Translations under genes and position numbers: made by a program
In this document: positions 9,605 to 20,359 of the stretch, piece after piece
Position numbering within the stretch: the first letter of the stretch is position 1
Layout of the letters: each line of letters starts with the position of its first letter
Notes under the pieces: model-generated
Database searches by the model: none
What the model was told of the DNA's origin: nothing
What the model saw: the letters and a program-made list of their open reading frames with translations, nothing else
Virus record (IMG/VR): IMGVR_UViG_3300024270_000037
Reading direction: 5' to 3' (one strand)
Source: an uncultured virus (IMG/VR IMGVR_UViG_3300024270_000037)
Taxonomy: Duplodnaviria; Heunggongvirae; Uroviricota; Caudoviricetes
DNA: 61,505 bases

Positions 9605-9844
9605 ATGAAAACGAAGAAGTATGATCCGAATAATTTTGTCATCGATTATGTATTTGCTCGAATTGACAAAGCATATAAAAAGTTAGCAAAGAAACAGGAT
9701 AAAGAAGCACAAGAAATTATCGATGGTATCTTTGCAACGAATGATGAAGAAACCACTAATACAAAAACACAGCCTGAACTTAATAATAATTCAGATTGTT
9801 ATATTGACAAGAATGGATGTTATACGATTATTATTAACGCATAA
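9605..9844 (+). CDS. hypothetical protein
   Basis: AAGGAG RBS; early-type motif at 9401. Confidence 0.6.
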   Translation: MKTKKYDPNNFVIDYVFARIDKAYKKLAKKQDKEAQEIIDGIFATNDEETTNTKTQPELNNNSDCYIDKNGCYTIIINA

Positions 9845-9886
9845 CATTTATTATAAAAATCTTATTTATAGAGGAGAATTACAACT

Positions 9887-10438
9887 ATGAAAACTTTTGA
9901 TGAAGTATTTAATGAAATTAAGAGCAACGTTTCTGTATCTAAGAGCGGTAAGGTTAAGAAGACTTTCAGCCGTACTGACTTTGATACCCTGCTGAAGGCT
10001 ATGGTTAATGAGCCTGAGTATACTACTGAGTATTGCGGTACTAAGGGTGGTGAGATGGTTAAGAAGTCTGTCCAGCCTGTTAAGATGTTCCGTGAATCTC
10101 TGAAGCGTGTACTGGTTAACTTTGGTGTTGACTCTCATGATGCTGAGAAGATTGTCACTGAGTATAAGTTTACTAATGTAGATGGTTGGTATGAGCTGAT
10201 GTCTGAAATCATCTACCGTTATATGGAAGCAGACAAGAAGTTTGATTTCCCCACTCGTGAGGATTTCAAGGGTTCTGTTTCTGTGAAGAATGTTGAGAAG
10301 TCTGTTGGTACTTATAGTACTATTAAGAAGAAGGGCGACAATACTCCTTCTGAGACTTTCAAGATCGAGACTAAATCTCATAAGATCCTGGAGAAGAAGT
10401 CTAAGGCACCTGCATGGCTGAAGAAGAAGTTTAAGTAA
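9887..10438 (+). CDS. basic hypothetical protein, possibly an abundant DNA-binding protein
   Basis: GAGGAG RBS, Lys-rich, strongly biased codon usage (CTG, AAG, CGT), followed by a terminator. Confidence 0.6.
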   Translation: MKTFDEVFNEIKSNVSVSKSGKVKKTFSRTDFDTLLKAMVNEPEYTTEYCGTKGGEMVKKSVQPVKMFRESLKRVLVNFGVDSHDAEKIVTEYKFTNVDGWYELMSEIIYRYMEADKKFDFPTREDFKGSVSVKNVEKSVGTYSTIKKKGDNTPSETFKIETKSHKILEKKSKAPAWLKKKFK

Positions 10439-10445
10439 TTAATAA

Positions 10446-10486
10446 AATCCCAATACTGGAATTCCAGTATTGGGATTATTTTTTTA
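10446..10486 (+). terminator. intrinsic terminator
   Basis: AATCCCAATACTGGAATTCCAGTATTGGGATT palindrome plus T-tract. Confidence 0.85.
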
Positions 10487-10597
10487 TTTTTTTCTTTATA
10501 CGGGTATTTTTTAATGTGAAAACATTACATTAAATATGAATTCGGTATATTAATCTTAATCATACCATTACATCCTTTTTGAAAGGAGGATAATATA

Positions 10598-13500
10598 ATG
10601 GCTGATAGACCTAGAAATAAAAAAGGACAATATACTACAAATAATGGAGCATGGTTTAAGAATGCTGCTAAATCTTTAGGATATGCTGGATTAGATTTAT
10701 TAAAAGAAACTATGCCAGCAATTACAGAAACTATTGATATTAATAAAGAATTTGTAGTTGATATTGCAAATACTTTAAGAACTAGTAGAAGTAAAAATAA
10801 TGGTAAGTTTAATATTAAACAACATCTTCAAGGTAAAGCATTGGATAACTGGAATGATGCTGAAGAATATCTGAGAAATGCAGTAACTGACTTAAAAAGT
10901 GGTCAGTTTTATAATAAAGAACGTATTCAACATACTGCAGATGAGTTCGGTCTTGATGATTTTGACTTCGATTTTGGTGATGACTTTGATGTATCATCAG
11001 ATTTAGACGATTCTAATTTTGAAGATAATTCTGTAAAAGTTGTTGTTCCTAATGTTAATATTACTAGTAATATTAATAAAGATAATCCTATGGTTAAAGC
11101 TGTTCAGCAACAGAGTAAGTTATTAATTGATGCTGAAAATGCTTCAGTTAAGAGACAAATTACTATTGCTGAAACACAAATGAAATTAGATAAAGATCTT
11201 ACAGGAGTTTTATACGGTGGTATAGAAACTGTAAATACAAATTTAACTAATCTTATTACTTTTAACAATGAGCATGTTGGTGGATATATTGGTGCATCTT
11301 TAAAATATTATGAAGAAAGTATTAAATATATGGCAGATATATCTAATACTCTTAAAATAATTAGTGGTGCAGTTGAAAGACCTAGTGAACCTGAAAATGT
11401 TCATCCGTTAGAGGAAATCACTACCTATAATGGTGCTTTAAATCTTTCAGGATATAAAAATGTTGTTAAACGACAGTTTAGAAATGCAATTGATGAAGAT
11501 ATGTTATTAGGATCTATTATGTCTATGCTTGAAAGTGATGGTATAAAAGCATTGGCACAATCTCCTTTAACATTTATTCCTCAAATGATATTAACCAAAA
11601 TGGTTCCTGATTTCTTAACAAAAACATTTAAAGGTTTTGATGAATCTTTTAAAGCATTCATACCTGCGTTATTAAATAAGATGGGGTCATGGGCAGATGA
11701 AGCTAGTGATGATTTAATGTCTGCCTTTAAAGGATTCATTGGTAGTGTTTTAGGTATTAAAAATGTTGGTAAAACTGAAATAAATCCTGCAATGTATGAA
11801 AAGGGAGTAGTTCCTTTTGATGGAATTACTAGAAAATCTATTGTAGAAGTAATTCCAGGATATTTGAGTAAGATTTTATCAGCTTTAACTGGTAAAGATG
11901 AATTACTTTTTGATAGTGACCAGGGTAAATTTATATCCAAATCACAACTTAAGAATGAATATAATAAGCAAGTTAAACGTGCTGCTGTATCATCATTTGA
12001 CGCTGCTGATGAATTAAAAAGTAGAGTTAAGGCATATGGATTAGAAACTGATGAAGAAGATAAAGTAAAAGAACACATTGATGATTTATTAGTAGCATTA
12101 TCTAAACGGAAAAAATCTTTTAATCCTCATAAAATAGGTACTAATGATGATTTGGAAGAAATTTTAGGTGATAAAGTTTCACCTAATGAATTAAATGTCA
12201 TACGTTCTTTAATTTTATCATTAGACCGTTCTCAAATAGAAAATTTAGCTGGTGCAGGACATATTAATGCCAGACGAAATGTTACTAAGTTATTAGAGAA
12301 TTATGAAAAAACTGGTAATATGGTCGGTATGGCTCAAGTTAATGGGTTATATGATAATGATGCTGATTATTTAAGTAATAATCCATTACTTAAAGCTACA
12401 AAAATATATCCTAATCAAGGATCTAATGAATCAAAAATGGTTGGATCTATTTTTACTCCTACTGATGAATTTGGTAAAAATAGCCTTAACTATTTACGTG
12501 ATATTTATAAAGCATTAATACAAGGTATTGGTGTATGGTTTGTAGATCCTATTGAAGGAAGATTAGCTGGTTTAGAAAAATATGAAAATGAAAATAATGC
12601 TACTATTTCTAAATATGATGGTTATAATCCAAGAACTATTACAAATTTAACACCTGAAGAAATAACTAAACGAGAAGAACAAGGTATAAAGAACTTTAAA
12701 GATGTCCATAATATTACAGGTGAAACTGAAGAGCAAGTTGAAATCATCCGTAACTATGTAAATAAACGTGAAGGTAATCTTACTACAGATCAGAAAAAAC
12801 CTAGTCATCTTAGTAAGTTAATTAAATATATTTTTGGTACTAATGAAGAAAAACAACAGGTTGTTGAAGATACTGTTGGTGGATGGAAAACAAGTCTTAA
12901 AAATGCATTTACAGCTGTAGATGAATCTATGTATAAACTTATTTTTGGTACAAATTCTGTTGGATATGAGAATAATACTAAAAAAGGTTTATTATCAGCT
13001 ATGACAAATAACTTTAAAATTTGGTTATTTGGTGAAAAAGATGTAGAAGGCAATTCCATTGGCGGTATTTTTAATAAATTTAATTCTTTCTTAGTTGAAA
13101 AAATCTATAATCCCATTAAAGAAGCTTTCATTGGTAAGGATGGTATTATTACCAAATTTAAGCAATCTGAAATGTATAAAAAGATTATCCAAGGTGCTAA
13201 GACTACACGTGATAAATTATTTGGTAAAGTTGGAGAAGATGGCACTCGTTCTGGTGGTAGATTCTCGGATATGTATAATAAAACTACTACTTATTTTAGA
13301 GGAACTAAATTATCTGACTTTAGATATAATGAAGCTACTGGTTATTATATTGATAATAAGACTGATGAAGTTATTACTGATCCTAGTATTATTAGACAAC
13401 TTGAAAGACGTAATAAAAATGGTAAATGGGATAAGAATGTTAAAGCTGGTAGACGTGTCGCTGGTGTTTTCGGTGAAGTAGGTAATTTCTTTGATGATTT

Positions 13501-16500
13501 TAAATTAAATCTCAAAGAATGGTTATTTGGTTCTGATACTGAAAAGACCAAAGAAGATGCTAAGGGATTATTATCTGATGTAGGTAAATACTTTAAAGAA
13601 GGTTTACAAGGATTTACTGATTTATTATTTGGTCAGCATTTTGATAAAGAAAAGAATGCTGTCGTTTCTAATAAAACTGTAGATACTTTAATTGGAGAAA
13701 TAAAAGAAAAATCACCTAAAGCAATAGCTGGTGGTATTGTTGGTGGTGGTATTGGATTATTAGCTGGTGCTGGTGGATTCGGTATTTTAGGTTCTTTATT
13801 TTTAGGACCTATGTCTGGTGTTGTTATCGGTACTGCTACAGGATTCTTATCTCAGTCTGATAAATTTAAAGATTGGTTATTCGGTAAGACTGATGAAAAA
13901 ACTGGAGAAAGACTCGGTGGATTTATTAGTAAATCTACACAGGAATTCTTCAAGAAACATAAAGGTGCCATGATTGGTGGTGCCGCTTTAGGAATGTTAA
14001 AGGGAATTACCGGTATTGGTATTTTACCTTCTTTCATTTTAGGTGGTCCTCTTACTGGTGCTTTATTTGGATTAGGTACATCTTTACTTACTAGATCTGA
14101 AGCTTTCCAAAATATGATTTTTGGTAAAGATAATGGTGACGGTACTCACACTGATGGATTAGTAAATAAAGTTACTGGTAAATTAAATAATGATAGTATT
14201 AAAAAGAAATTAGGATTTGGTGCTGCTGGTGCTGGTTTAGGTGCTATTTTAGGTGGTACTTTAAGTTCTTTTGGTATATTAGGTAGTATTGCATTTGGTC
14301 CTTTATCAGGTGCATTATTAGGTGCAGCTGCAGGTATTACTATGGCTGCAAGTAAATGGTCAGATACTATTTTCGGATCATTCGATAAGGATGGTAATCG
14401 AAAAGAACAGAGTATTCTGACTAAAATGATGAATGCTGTTACATTAAATATTTTAGAACCTGCTAAGATTCAGGTTATGGAATGGTCTTATAATGTACAG
14501 GATTGGTTTGCTGAACATATTGCAGAACCTTTTATTGATTCTGTGGAACCTTTAAAAGAAGAAATCAAAAGATTAAAGGATAGAATTGTCGGTTTTGCAA
14601 AAGATGTTTTAGATAAATTACATATTACAGATTTATTTGAAGATATTGCCGATGGAGTTAAGAGTGGATTTAATAAAGTTGTTAGTTTAGTAGGAGATGT
14701 TGGTAAAGCTGCATTTAATACCATTACTAAATTTACTGGATTTGTCTTGTCTTCTCCAGTTAAGTTAATTCATTTTATTGCTGATAAAATCATCATGCCT
14801 AAACATATGCGTGAAGGTATTGAGAAAGTTAGAGAGCAAATTATTGATAATATCAAATCTTCTAAATTTGTACAGACTATAAATGATAAAGTTATTGAAC
14901 CTTTCAGAGGTTCTATTATGGATATTACAGATTTTGCTAAAGATAAAATTAAAAAATTATTTGGTGGAATCTGGTCAGGAATAAAATTACTTGGTAAAGG
15001 TATACTTGGTGCTGTAACTTTACCTTTTAAAGGTATCGGTTTAATAACTAAAGGCTTTAAAGGTTTATCTGATAAAGCAGACGGTATTCGTGATACTGAT
15101 AGACTGAATAATATTATGGGTGAAGATGGTAAAAATCGTGGATTTTTACAGTCTGTTGGTGATTTAGTCAGTTTAGCTAATCCTTTTAGTTCTTTAAGAT
15201 CTGCCGCAAAGCATAGTAATGATGGTGCTGCTTATCAGGATGATAGAGTTGCAGCTAGAGAACAACGTAAAGCTGAAAGAGAAGCTAAGCGTAAAGAACA
15301 CCAAGAAAGAATTAAAAAATTACGTGATGATTTAGATGGTCGTAGAGAAAGAGCGAAAGCTTTTGGTTATAATACTGATGGTTCTGATTCTGATATTGAT
15401 GTTGATAAATTAATCGATAAGGATCTGAAACGTAAGTATGGTAGAGATTATAAAAATATGTCTGCCAAGGATAAAGACCAATTTAAAGAAACTAAAGCAG
15501 TTAATAAAACCATTTTCAATATTAGTGATTTCCTCCATGATATTCTCGATATTTTAAGAGGTAAAGGTGGAGGTGTAAAAGTTGACGATCCTGAAAAAAC
15601 TAACAATAATAATACTTCTACAGATAGTGATAAATCTAATAATGAATCTGCTACTGTAAATATTAATCCTGATGGAACTACAAATGATCCTGAAGGTTCT
15701 GATAATAATGATCCTAATAAGAAGCAATCTAAAAAAGAAAAAAGAAAAGCTGAACGTGAAAGATTAAAAGGAAAAAGTTGGACACGTTCTGTAGGTAAAT
15801 GGTTTAAAAATAAATTCAATAAATATAATACTACTGGTGAAAGCGAAGCTGAAGATAAAGAACAACGTGAAGACGATCAACCTTCTATGAGTGATATGTT
15901 ACACGGTACTTCTAATAATACTGCTTCATCAGATGAAAATAATACTTTAATTCCTTATGGTGGAACTAAGAATGGTGAATTTAAACGTACTGTATTAGAT
16001 TACCATACTACTGGTGAAACTGAAGCTGAAGATAAAAAACAGCGTAAAGAGGAAGAAGATAAAAAGAACCAATTAAGTATATTAGATAAAATGAGGAATT
16101 TATTACAGATTGGTAATGAAGACAGAAAAGAACACAGTTCTGTATGGTCTTCTATTTTTAGTAAAAAAGGTTTAATTACTGGTGGTTTATTATTGTTAAT
16201 TCCTCTATTAATGAACTTTATTAAGAAACTTCCTCAATCTGTTAAAGATTTATTTGCATCATTATTTGGTGGTGGTACTTCCAATAATGAACATGGTGCA
16301 GATTATGAACCTAAAGAAGGAGAAAGCACAGGTTCTATAATAGTAAATAAAGCCAAAGAAATATTAGGTCTTCAAGATACTAATGGTGATAGAACTGATG
16401 CCACTAGTGATATTCAAGTAAATAGTGATGCTGTTGAAGCTGCTACTGTTGGTGGTATACGTATTGGTGCCAGTGCTATAAATGCTGGTAAAACTGCTAT

Positions 16501-19500
16501 TAATTCTACTAAGTCTATAATAGGTACAACAAAAGCTGTTGGTAGTTTAATTACAGGTAAAGCTGGTAATTTTGAGGACAGGTCAGTTAAAGGTGTTATA
16601 AAAACTTTAACAGGTAAAGGTAATGATGCTACCGACTATAAAGCTAAATATTTAGCAAATGATGATAATTTAAGTATTATTAAACGATTTGCTAATTTCT
16701 TAGATGAAGCTGTGGAAGCAATTGCTAATGCTTTAAAGAAGAAATTCCCAAAAATTGCAAGTAATACTGTTGTGAATACTATCGGTAAAGCATTTAAAAC
16801 GATAGTAAAAACTCCATCTAAACTTCTTAATTGGGTAGATGATATAGCTAAAGGTTTTGGTAAAGCTGCAGCAGTTATTACTTCAGGACATACATTAGAT
16901 TTAGTTTTAGGTGGATATGGTGTTGTAAGTGGTTTCACTGCAACTGAAACTGCAAATCTGTTCAATGTCTCACAAAAAGATGTAAACCCCACTATGAGAG
17001 CTGCATCTTCTATACTTAAAGGTATATTAAATCTTGGCTGGGGATGGGCTATTCAGTTAGGATCTGATATATCTGTAGCATTAGGTGGTCCTGATATTGT
17101 TAAAATGTTAGCAACCTTATTATACACACTACTTAGTGGTGCTGATGCAGATAAAGCTAGTACGTTATTAAAAGCTCAACAGAGTTTTGATACTGAATAT
17201 GCTGAATATATTAAAACTCAGGAATATCTTAAAGGTAATGCTGAGTTAATGATCGGTACTGATGGTAAAACTGAAATTATTATCAATGATGAATCTAAAA
17301 TTAAAGAATCTAAAGATTCTTATAATGATAGAACTAATGAAACTGTACTTAGTAAGATTTTTGGTGGACTTGGTTCTGCTTTGGATAGTACTAAGAAATT
17401 CTTTGTCGGTCAAATTGGTAATGATGATGAATATAAAAAAACTAAAACTCAATTAGAACAATTAGAGGAATTAGTTAAAGAGGGTGCTGTTGATAAAAAT
17501 AGTGAACTCTATAAAACTACCAAGAAAGATCTTGAAGATGCTTTAAAGAAATATGAAACCAAAAATGGTTTATTCAAAAATAATACTAAAACTACTAAAT
17601 CTACTAAATCTACTCCTATTGTTAATTATGTTAATACATCCAATATTACTAGTCCAACTAAAGTGACTAATACATCTAAAGAAACTTCTGCATATTGGTC
17701 TACTGTAGGAAATAAAACAATACCTGTTGGAGGTGTTGGCGGATCAATTGAAGAGTTAGACACTAATGTTAATCTTAATAATAAATCAGATACAACTAAA
17801 GAAAATGATATTATGTCACCATTGTTATCATCTTTTAAATCATATAAAGATGTCATAAAAAATTTACAAAATTATATTAAAACTACTGTAGTACCATCTA
17901 CTGATAAATTATTAAAAAATGATATTAATATAACTAGTACTAAAGTTAATAGTAGTGATGAGCTAGGTTCTGTAAAAGAAAGTATTTTCCACGGCGCAAA
18001 AATGTTAGCAATACCTATTTATGCACCAGTTAAAACTGCTAAACTTGTATATGAAAAAATAAATGATATGTTAAAAGGTACTAACGACATACCATTATTT
18101 ATTGATAAAGTTACCAATATATCCAGTTTAACAAAATATAATTATTGGACAAATGGTAAACCTTCCGGTACTGGTATTGCCAATACTTTTAAGAAAGTTA
18201 TATTCCAAATTGGTAGAACTCTATTAAGCCCATTATTCTTCTTAGATGAAACTCTTGAAAAAGTTTCAAACAAAGCAAATAGTAATAAAACAAATTCATT
18301 AACCTTAAGCTCTACAACCTCAACTAGTAATACATCTAAAGATACTTCTGCATATTGGTCTTCCGTTGGTGGAGGACTTGGAGGTTCTGTGGGTCCTGGT
18401 ATTGGTGGTGCTGAAGAATATGATATGCTTAATTCTTATTCTGTAAGTAGTCGATATGGTCAATATCGTACAATTGAAGGTAAAACTGGTTTTCATCGAG
18501 GTGTTGATCTTTATAAAGGTGTAAATTCCCCGGTATATAGTTTTACTGATGGTACTGTTGATAAAGTTGTATCAGGGTATGCTCCTAATAGTGGTTATTA
18601 TGGTAGTACCGATGGTCAAGGATTTGGTAACTGGGTAAGAGTCAAAGATAGTGCTGGTGTATATCACCATTATGCACATATGAATGGTGTTAATGTTTCT
18701 GAAGGTGACAGAGTTAATAGAGGTGATCAATTAGGTATTGAAGGTCATACTGGTAGTAGTACTGGTGCACATTTACATTACGAAGTTCGTAAGGGTGGCA
18801 CATCTGGTACATATCATACTGATCCTTACACATATTTAAAAAATTATGTTGGTACAGTTATAGAAGATATTATATCTTCTCCGGAACAAAATGGTTCAGT
18901 TGATGATACTAATATACCCGGTTCAATAACCACTACATCAAAGCCTAAAGGATTATATGGCCTAACAACCAAGTTTAGTGAATTACTTAATACTTTAATC
19001 TCACCATTCTCTAAGTTTACGACATCGATATCTAATGAATTATATAAATTATTGGGGATTGATAATGATGAGTATACTGATAACGGATCAATTTTAGATA
19101 TACCTGAAAATAATGATAATTCAAATGACATTCCTTATACAGACACTCCATCATCAAATGTTCCAGATACTATTCCCGCAACTACTATGTCAAAGAGTCC
19201 TGTTGCATCTGCAATATATAACTTCTTTAAAGCTAAAGGTTTACCTGATGTAAGTATTGCTGGTATTCTTGGTAATTTAAATGCTGAATCTGCATTAAGG
19301 ACTAATAATCTAGAAGATCAATTTAATACTAAATTTGGTTTATCTGATGCAGAATATACTAATGCTGTTAATAATGGTACATATGGTGATAGTAAATTTA
19401 TTAATGATAGTGCAGGCTATGGTTTAGCTCAATGGACATATCATACTAGAAAAAAGGCTTTATTAAATTTAGCAAGATCTAATAATAAAAGTATTGATGA

Positions 19501-20245
19501 TTTAACTACTCAGATGAATCATCTATACAATGAGCTTGTTGATTATGGTACTTTTAATTTATTAAAGAACTATACAACTGTTAAAGAAGCTAATGATAAG
19601 ATGATTTATTTCTTAGCACCTGATGTTGAAAAATATCCTAACCTTGTTAATCAGAGATTGGGATATGCTAAGGGATATTATGATCTATATAAAAATAGTT
19701 CTACCGCTTCAACATCTACTAGTGCAAGTAAAGATACATCTGCATATTGGAGTTCCACCACTAATACATCTAAAACTACTAATGCTAATAATAATGGTAG
19801 TAAAGATACTTCAGCATATTGGTCTTCTATCGGTGGTGGTATTGGTGGTTCTAATGATGAAATCACTGCTACACCATATTTTAATAGTTATAATAAATTT
19901 AATACTTCAACTTCCAATTTTAAACGTTCCATTAGTAATATATTAACTTCTGGCAGTGATGTCTCTAGTAATACAACTCTTAATAGTGTTATTGAATACT
20001 TAAAGAAGATTGCTGACGGTATTATGTCTATCGTTGATAATACAGATAATACAAATTCTAAACTTGAAGACATTAAAAAGATTGAATTTGAAAAAGCTGA
20101 AGCAAAAAATAATGTAGCAGTTATTGGTGATACTAAGAAAGAATCTAATTCTCCGATGTTTGATATCGCAAGCAATAGAAGAAATAGTATATCTAGTAAA
20201 GAATATAAAACTGCTAAATTAATTGCTTCTGGTTCTGGTGGTTAA
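10598..20245 (+). CDS. tape-measure-like virion protein with C-terminal M23 peptidase and phage tail lysozyme domains
   Basis: 3215 aa; Gly-rich hydrophobic segments; M23 motifs HRGVDL, YAHM, STGAHLHYEV; tail lysozyme motifs AGILGNLNAES, GYGLAQWT; late motif at 10521. Confidence 0.85.
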   Translation: MADRPRNKKGQYTTNNGAWFKNAAKSLGYAGLDLLKETMPAITETIDINKEFVVDIANTLRTSRSKNNGKFNIKQHLQGKALDNWNDAEEYLRNAVTDLKSGQFYNKERIQHTADEFGLDDFDFDFGDDFDVSSDLDDSNFEDNSVKVVVPNVNITSNINKDNPMVKAVQQQSKLLIDAENASVKRQITIAETQMKLDKDLTGVLYGGIETVNTNLTNLITFNNEHVGGYIGASLKYYEESIKYMADISNTLKIISGAVERPSEPENVHPLEEITTYNGALNLSGYKNVVKRQFRNAIDEDMLLGSIMSMLESDGIKALAQSPLTFIPQMILTKMVPDFLTKTFKGFDESFKAFIPALLNKMGSWADEASDDLMSAFKGFIGSVLGIKNVGKTEINPAMYEKGVVPFDGITRKSIVEVIPGYLSKILSALTGKDELLFDSDQGKFISKSQLKNEYNKQVKRAAVSSFDAADELKSRVKAYGLETDEEDKVKEHIDDLLVALSKRKKSFNPHKIGTNDDLEEILGDKVSPNELNVIRSLILSLDRSQIENLAGAGHINARRNVTKLLENYEKTGNMVGMAQVNGLYDNDADYLSNNPLLKATKIYPNQGSNESKMVGSIFTPTDEFGKNSLNYLRDIYKALIQGIGVWFVDPIEGRLAGLEKYENENNATISKYDGYNPRTITNLTPEEITKREEQGIKNFKDVHNITGETEEQVEIIRNYVNKREGNLTTDQKKPSHLSKLIKYIFGTNEEKQQVVEDTVGGWKTSLKNAFTAVDESMYKLIFGTNSVGYENNTKKGLLSAMTNNFKIWLFGEKDVEGNSIGGIFNKFNSFLVEKIYNPIKEAFIGKDGIITKFKQSEMYKKIIQGAKTTRDKLFGKVGEDGTRSGGRFSDMYNKTTTYFRGTKLSDFRYNEATGYYIDNKTDEVITDPSIIRQLERRNKNGKWDKNVKAGRRVAGVFGEVGNFFDDFKLNLKEWLFGSDTEKTKEDAKGLLSDVGKYFKEGLQGFTDLLFGQHFDKEKNAVVSNKTVDTLIGEIKEKSPKAIAGGIVGGGIGLLAGAGGFGILGSLFLGPMSGVVIGTATGFLSQSDKFKDWLFGKTDEKTGERLGGFISKSTQEFFKKHKGAMIGGAALGMLKGITGIGILPSFILGGPLTGALFGLGTSLLTRSEAFQNMIFGKDNGDGTHTDGLVNKVTGKLNNDSIKKKLGFGAAGAGLGAILGGTLSSFGILGSIAFGPLSGALLGAAAGITMAASKWSDTIFGSFDKDGNRKEQSILTKMMNAVTLNILEPAKIQVMEWSYNVQDWFAEHIAEPFIDSVEPLKEEIKRLKDRIVGFAKDVLDKLHITDLFEDIADGVKSGFNKVVSLVGDVGKAAFNTITKFTGFVLSSPVKLIHFIADKIIMPKHMREGIEKVREQIIDNIKSSKFVQTINDKVIEPFRGSIMDITDFAKDKIKKLFGGIWSGIKLLGKGILGAVTLPFKGIGLITKGFKGLSDKADGIRDTDRLNNIMGEDGKNRGFLQSVGDLVSLANPFSSLRSAAKHSNDGAAYQDDRVAAREQRKAEREAKRKEHQERIKKLRDDLDGRRERAKAFGYNTDGSDSDIDVDKLIDKDLKRKYGRDYKNMSAKDKDQFKETKAVNKTIFNISDFLHDILDILRGKGGGVKVDDPEKTNNNNTSTDSDKSNNESATVNINPDGTTNDPEGSDNNDPNKKQSKKEKRKAERERLKGKSWTRSVGKWFKNKFNKYNTTGESEAEDKEQREDDQPSMSDMLHGTSNNTASSDENNTLIPYGGTKNGEFKRTVLDYHTTGETEAEDKKQRKEEEDKKNQLSILDKMRNLLQIGNEDRKEHSSVWSSIFSKKGLITGGLLLLIPLLMNFIKKLPQSVKDLFASLFGGGTSNNEHGADYEPKEGESTGSIIVNKAKEILGLQDTNGDRTDATSDIQVNSDAVEAATVGGIRIGASAINAGKTAINSTKSIIGTTKAVGSLITGKAGNFEDRSVKGVIKTLTGKGNDATDYKAKYLANDDNLSIIKRFANFLDEAVEAIANALKKKFPKIASNTVVNTIGKAFKTIVKTPSKLLNWVDDIAKGFGKAAAVITSGHTLDLVLGGYGVVSGFTATETANLFNVSQKDVNPTMRAASSILKGILNLGWGWAIQLGSDISVALGGPDIVKMLATLLYTLLSGADADKASTLLKAQQSFDTEYAEYIKTQEYLKGNAELMIGTDGKTEIIINDESKIKESKDSYNDRTNETVLSKIFGGLGSALDSTKKFFVGQIGNDDEYKKTKTQLEQLEELVKEGAVDKNSELYKTTKKDLEDALKKYETKNGLFKNNTKTTKSTKSTPIVNYVNTSNITSPTKVTNTSKETSAYWSTVGNKTIPVGGVGGSIEELDTNVNLNNKSDTTKENDIMSPLLSSFKSYKDVIKNLQNYIKTTVVPSTDKLLKNDINITSTKVNSSDELGSVKESIFHGAKMLAIPIYAPVKTAKLVYEKINDMLKGTNDIPLFIDKVTNISSLTKYNYWTNGKPSGTGIANTFKKVIFQIGRTLLSPLFFLDETLEKVSNKANSNKTNSLTLSSTTSTSNTSKDTSAYWSSVGGGLGGSVGPGIGGAEEYDMLNSYSVSSRYGQYRTIEGKTGFHRGVDLYKGVNSPVYSFTDGTVDKVVSGYAPNSGYYGSTDGQGFGNWVRVKDSAGVYHHYAHMNGVNVSEGDRVNRGDQLGIEGHTGSSTGAHLHYEVRKGGTSGTYHTDPYTYLKNYVGTVIEDIISSPEQNGSVDDTNIPGSITTTSKPKGLYGLTTKFSELLNTLISPFSKFTTSISNELYKLLGIDNDEYTDNGSILDIPENNDNSNDIPYTDTPSSNVPDTIPATTMSKSPVASAIYNFFKAKGLPDVSIAGILGNLNAESALRTNNLEDQFNTKFGLSDAEYTNAVNNGTYGDSKFINDSAGYGLAQWTYHTRKKALLNLARSNNKSIDDLTTQMNHLYNELVDYGTFNLLKNYTTVKEANDKMIYFLAPDVEKYPNLVNQRLGYAKGYYDLYKNSSTASTSTSASKDTSAYWSSTTNTSKTTNANNNGSKDTSAYWSSIGGGIGGSNDEITATPYFNSYNKFNTSTSNFKRSISNILTSGSDVSSNTTLNSVIEYLKKIADGIMSIVDNTDNTNSKLEDIKKIEFEKAEAKNNVAVIGDTKKESNSPMFDIASNRRNSISSKEYKTAKLIASGSGG

Positions 20246-20255
20246 TTAAATATAT

Positions 20256-20295
20256 TAAGAGATATAGGGAATAATCCCTATATCTCTTATTTTTT
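20256..20295 (+). terminator. intrinsic terminator
   Basis: TAAGAGATATAGGGA-ataa-TCCCTATATCTCTTA plus T-tract. Confidence 0.85.
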
Positions 20296-20359
20296 AAGTA
20301 TGAATAATATAAAAAACAATCCTGTAATAAATGAAATTCAAGTAAGAAGGTGATTTACT

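Noticed and set aside
9866..10381. Long antisense ORFs (also 1366-1920, 11581-12078, 45385-45927, 57798-58388 and similar)
   Set aside because: Shadow frames opposite well-supported genes with biased codons; no RBS or motifs
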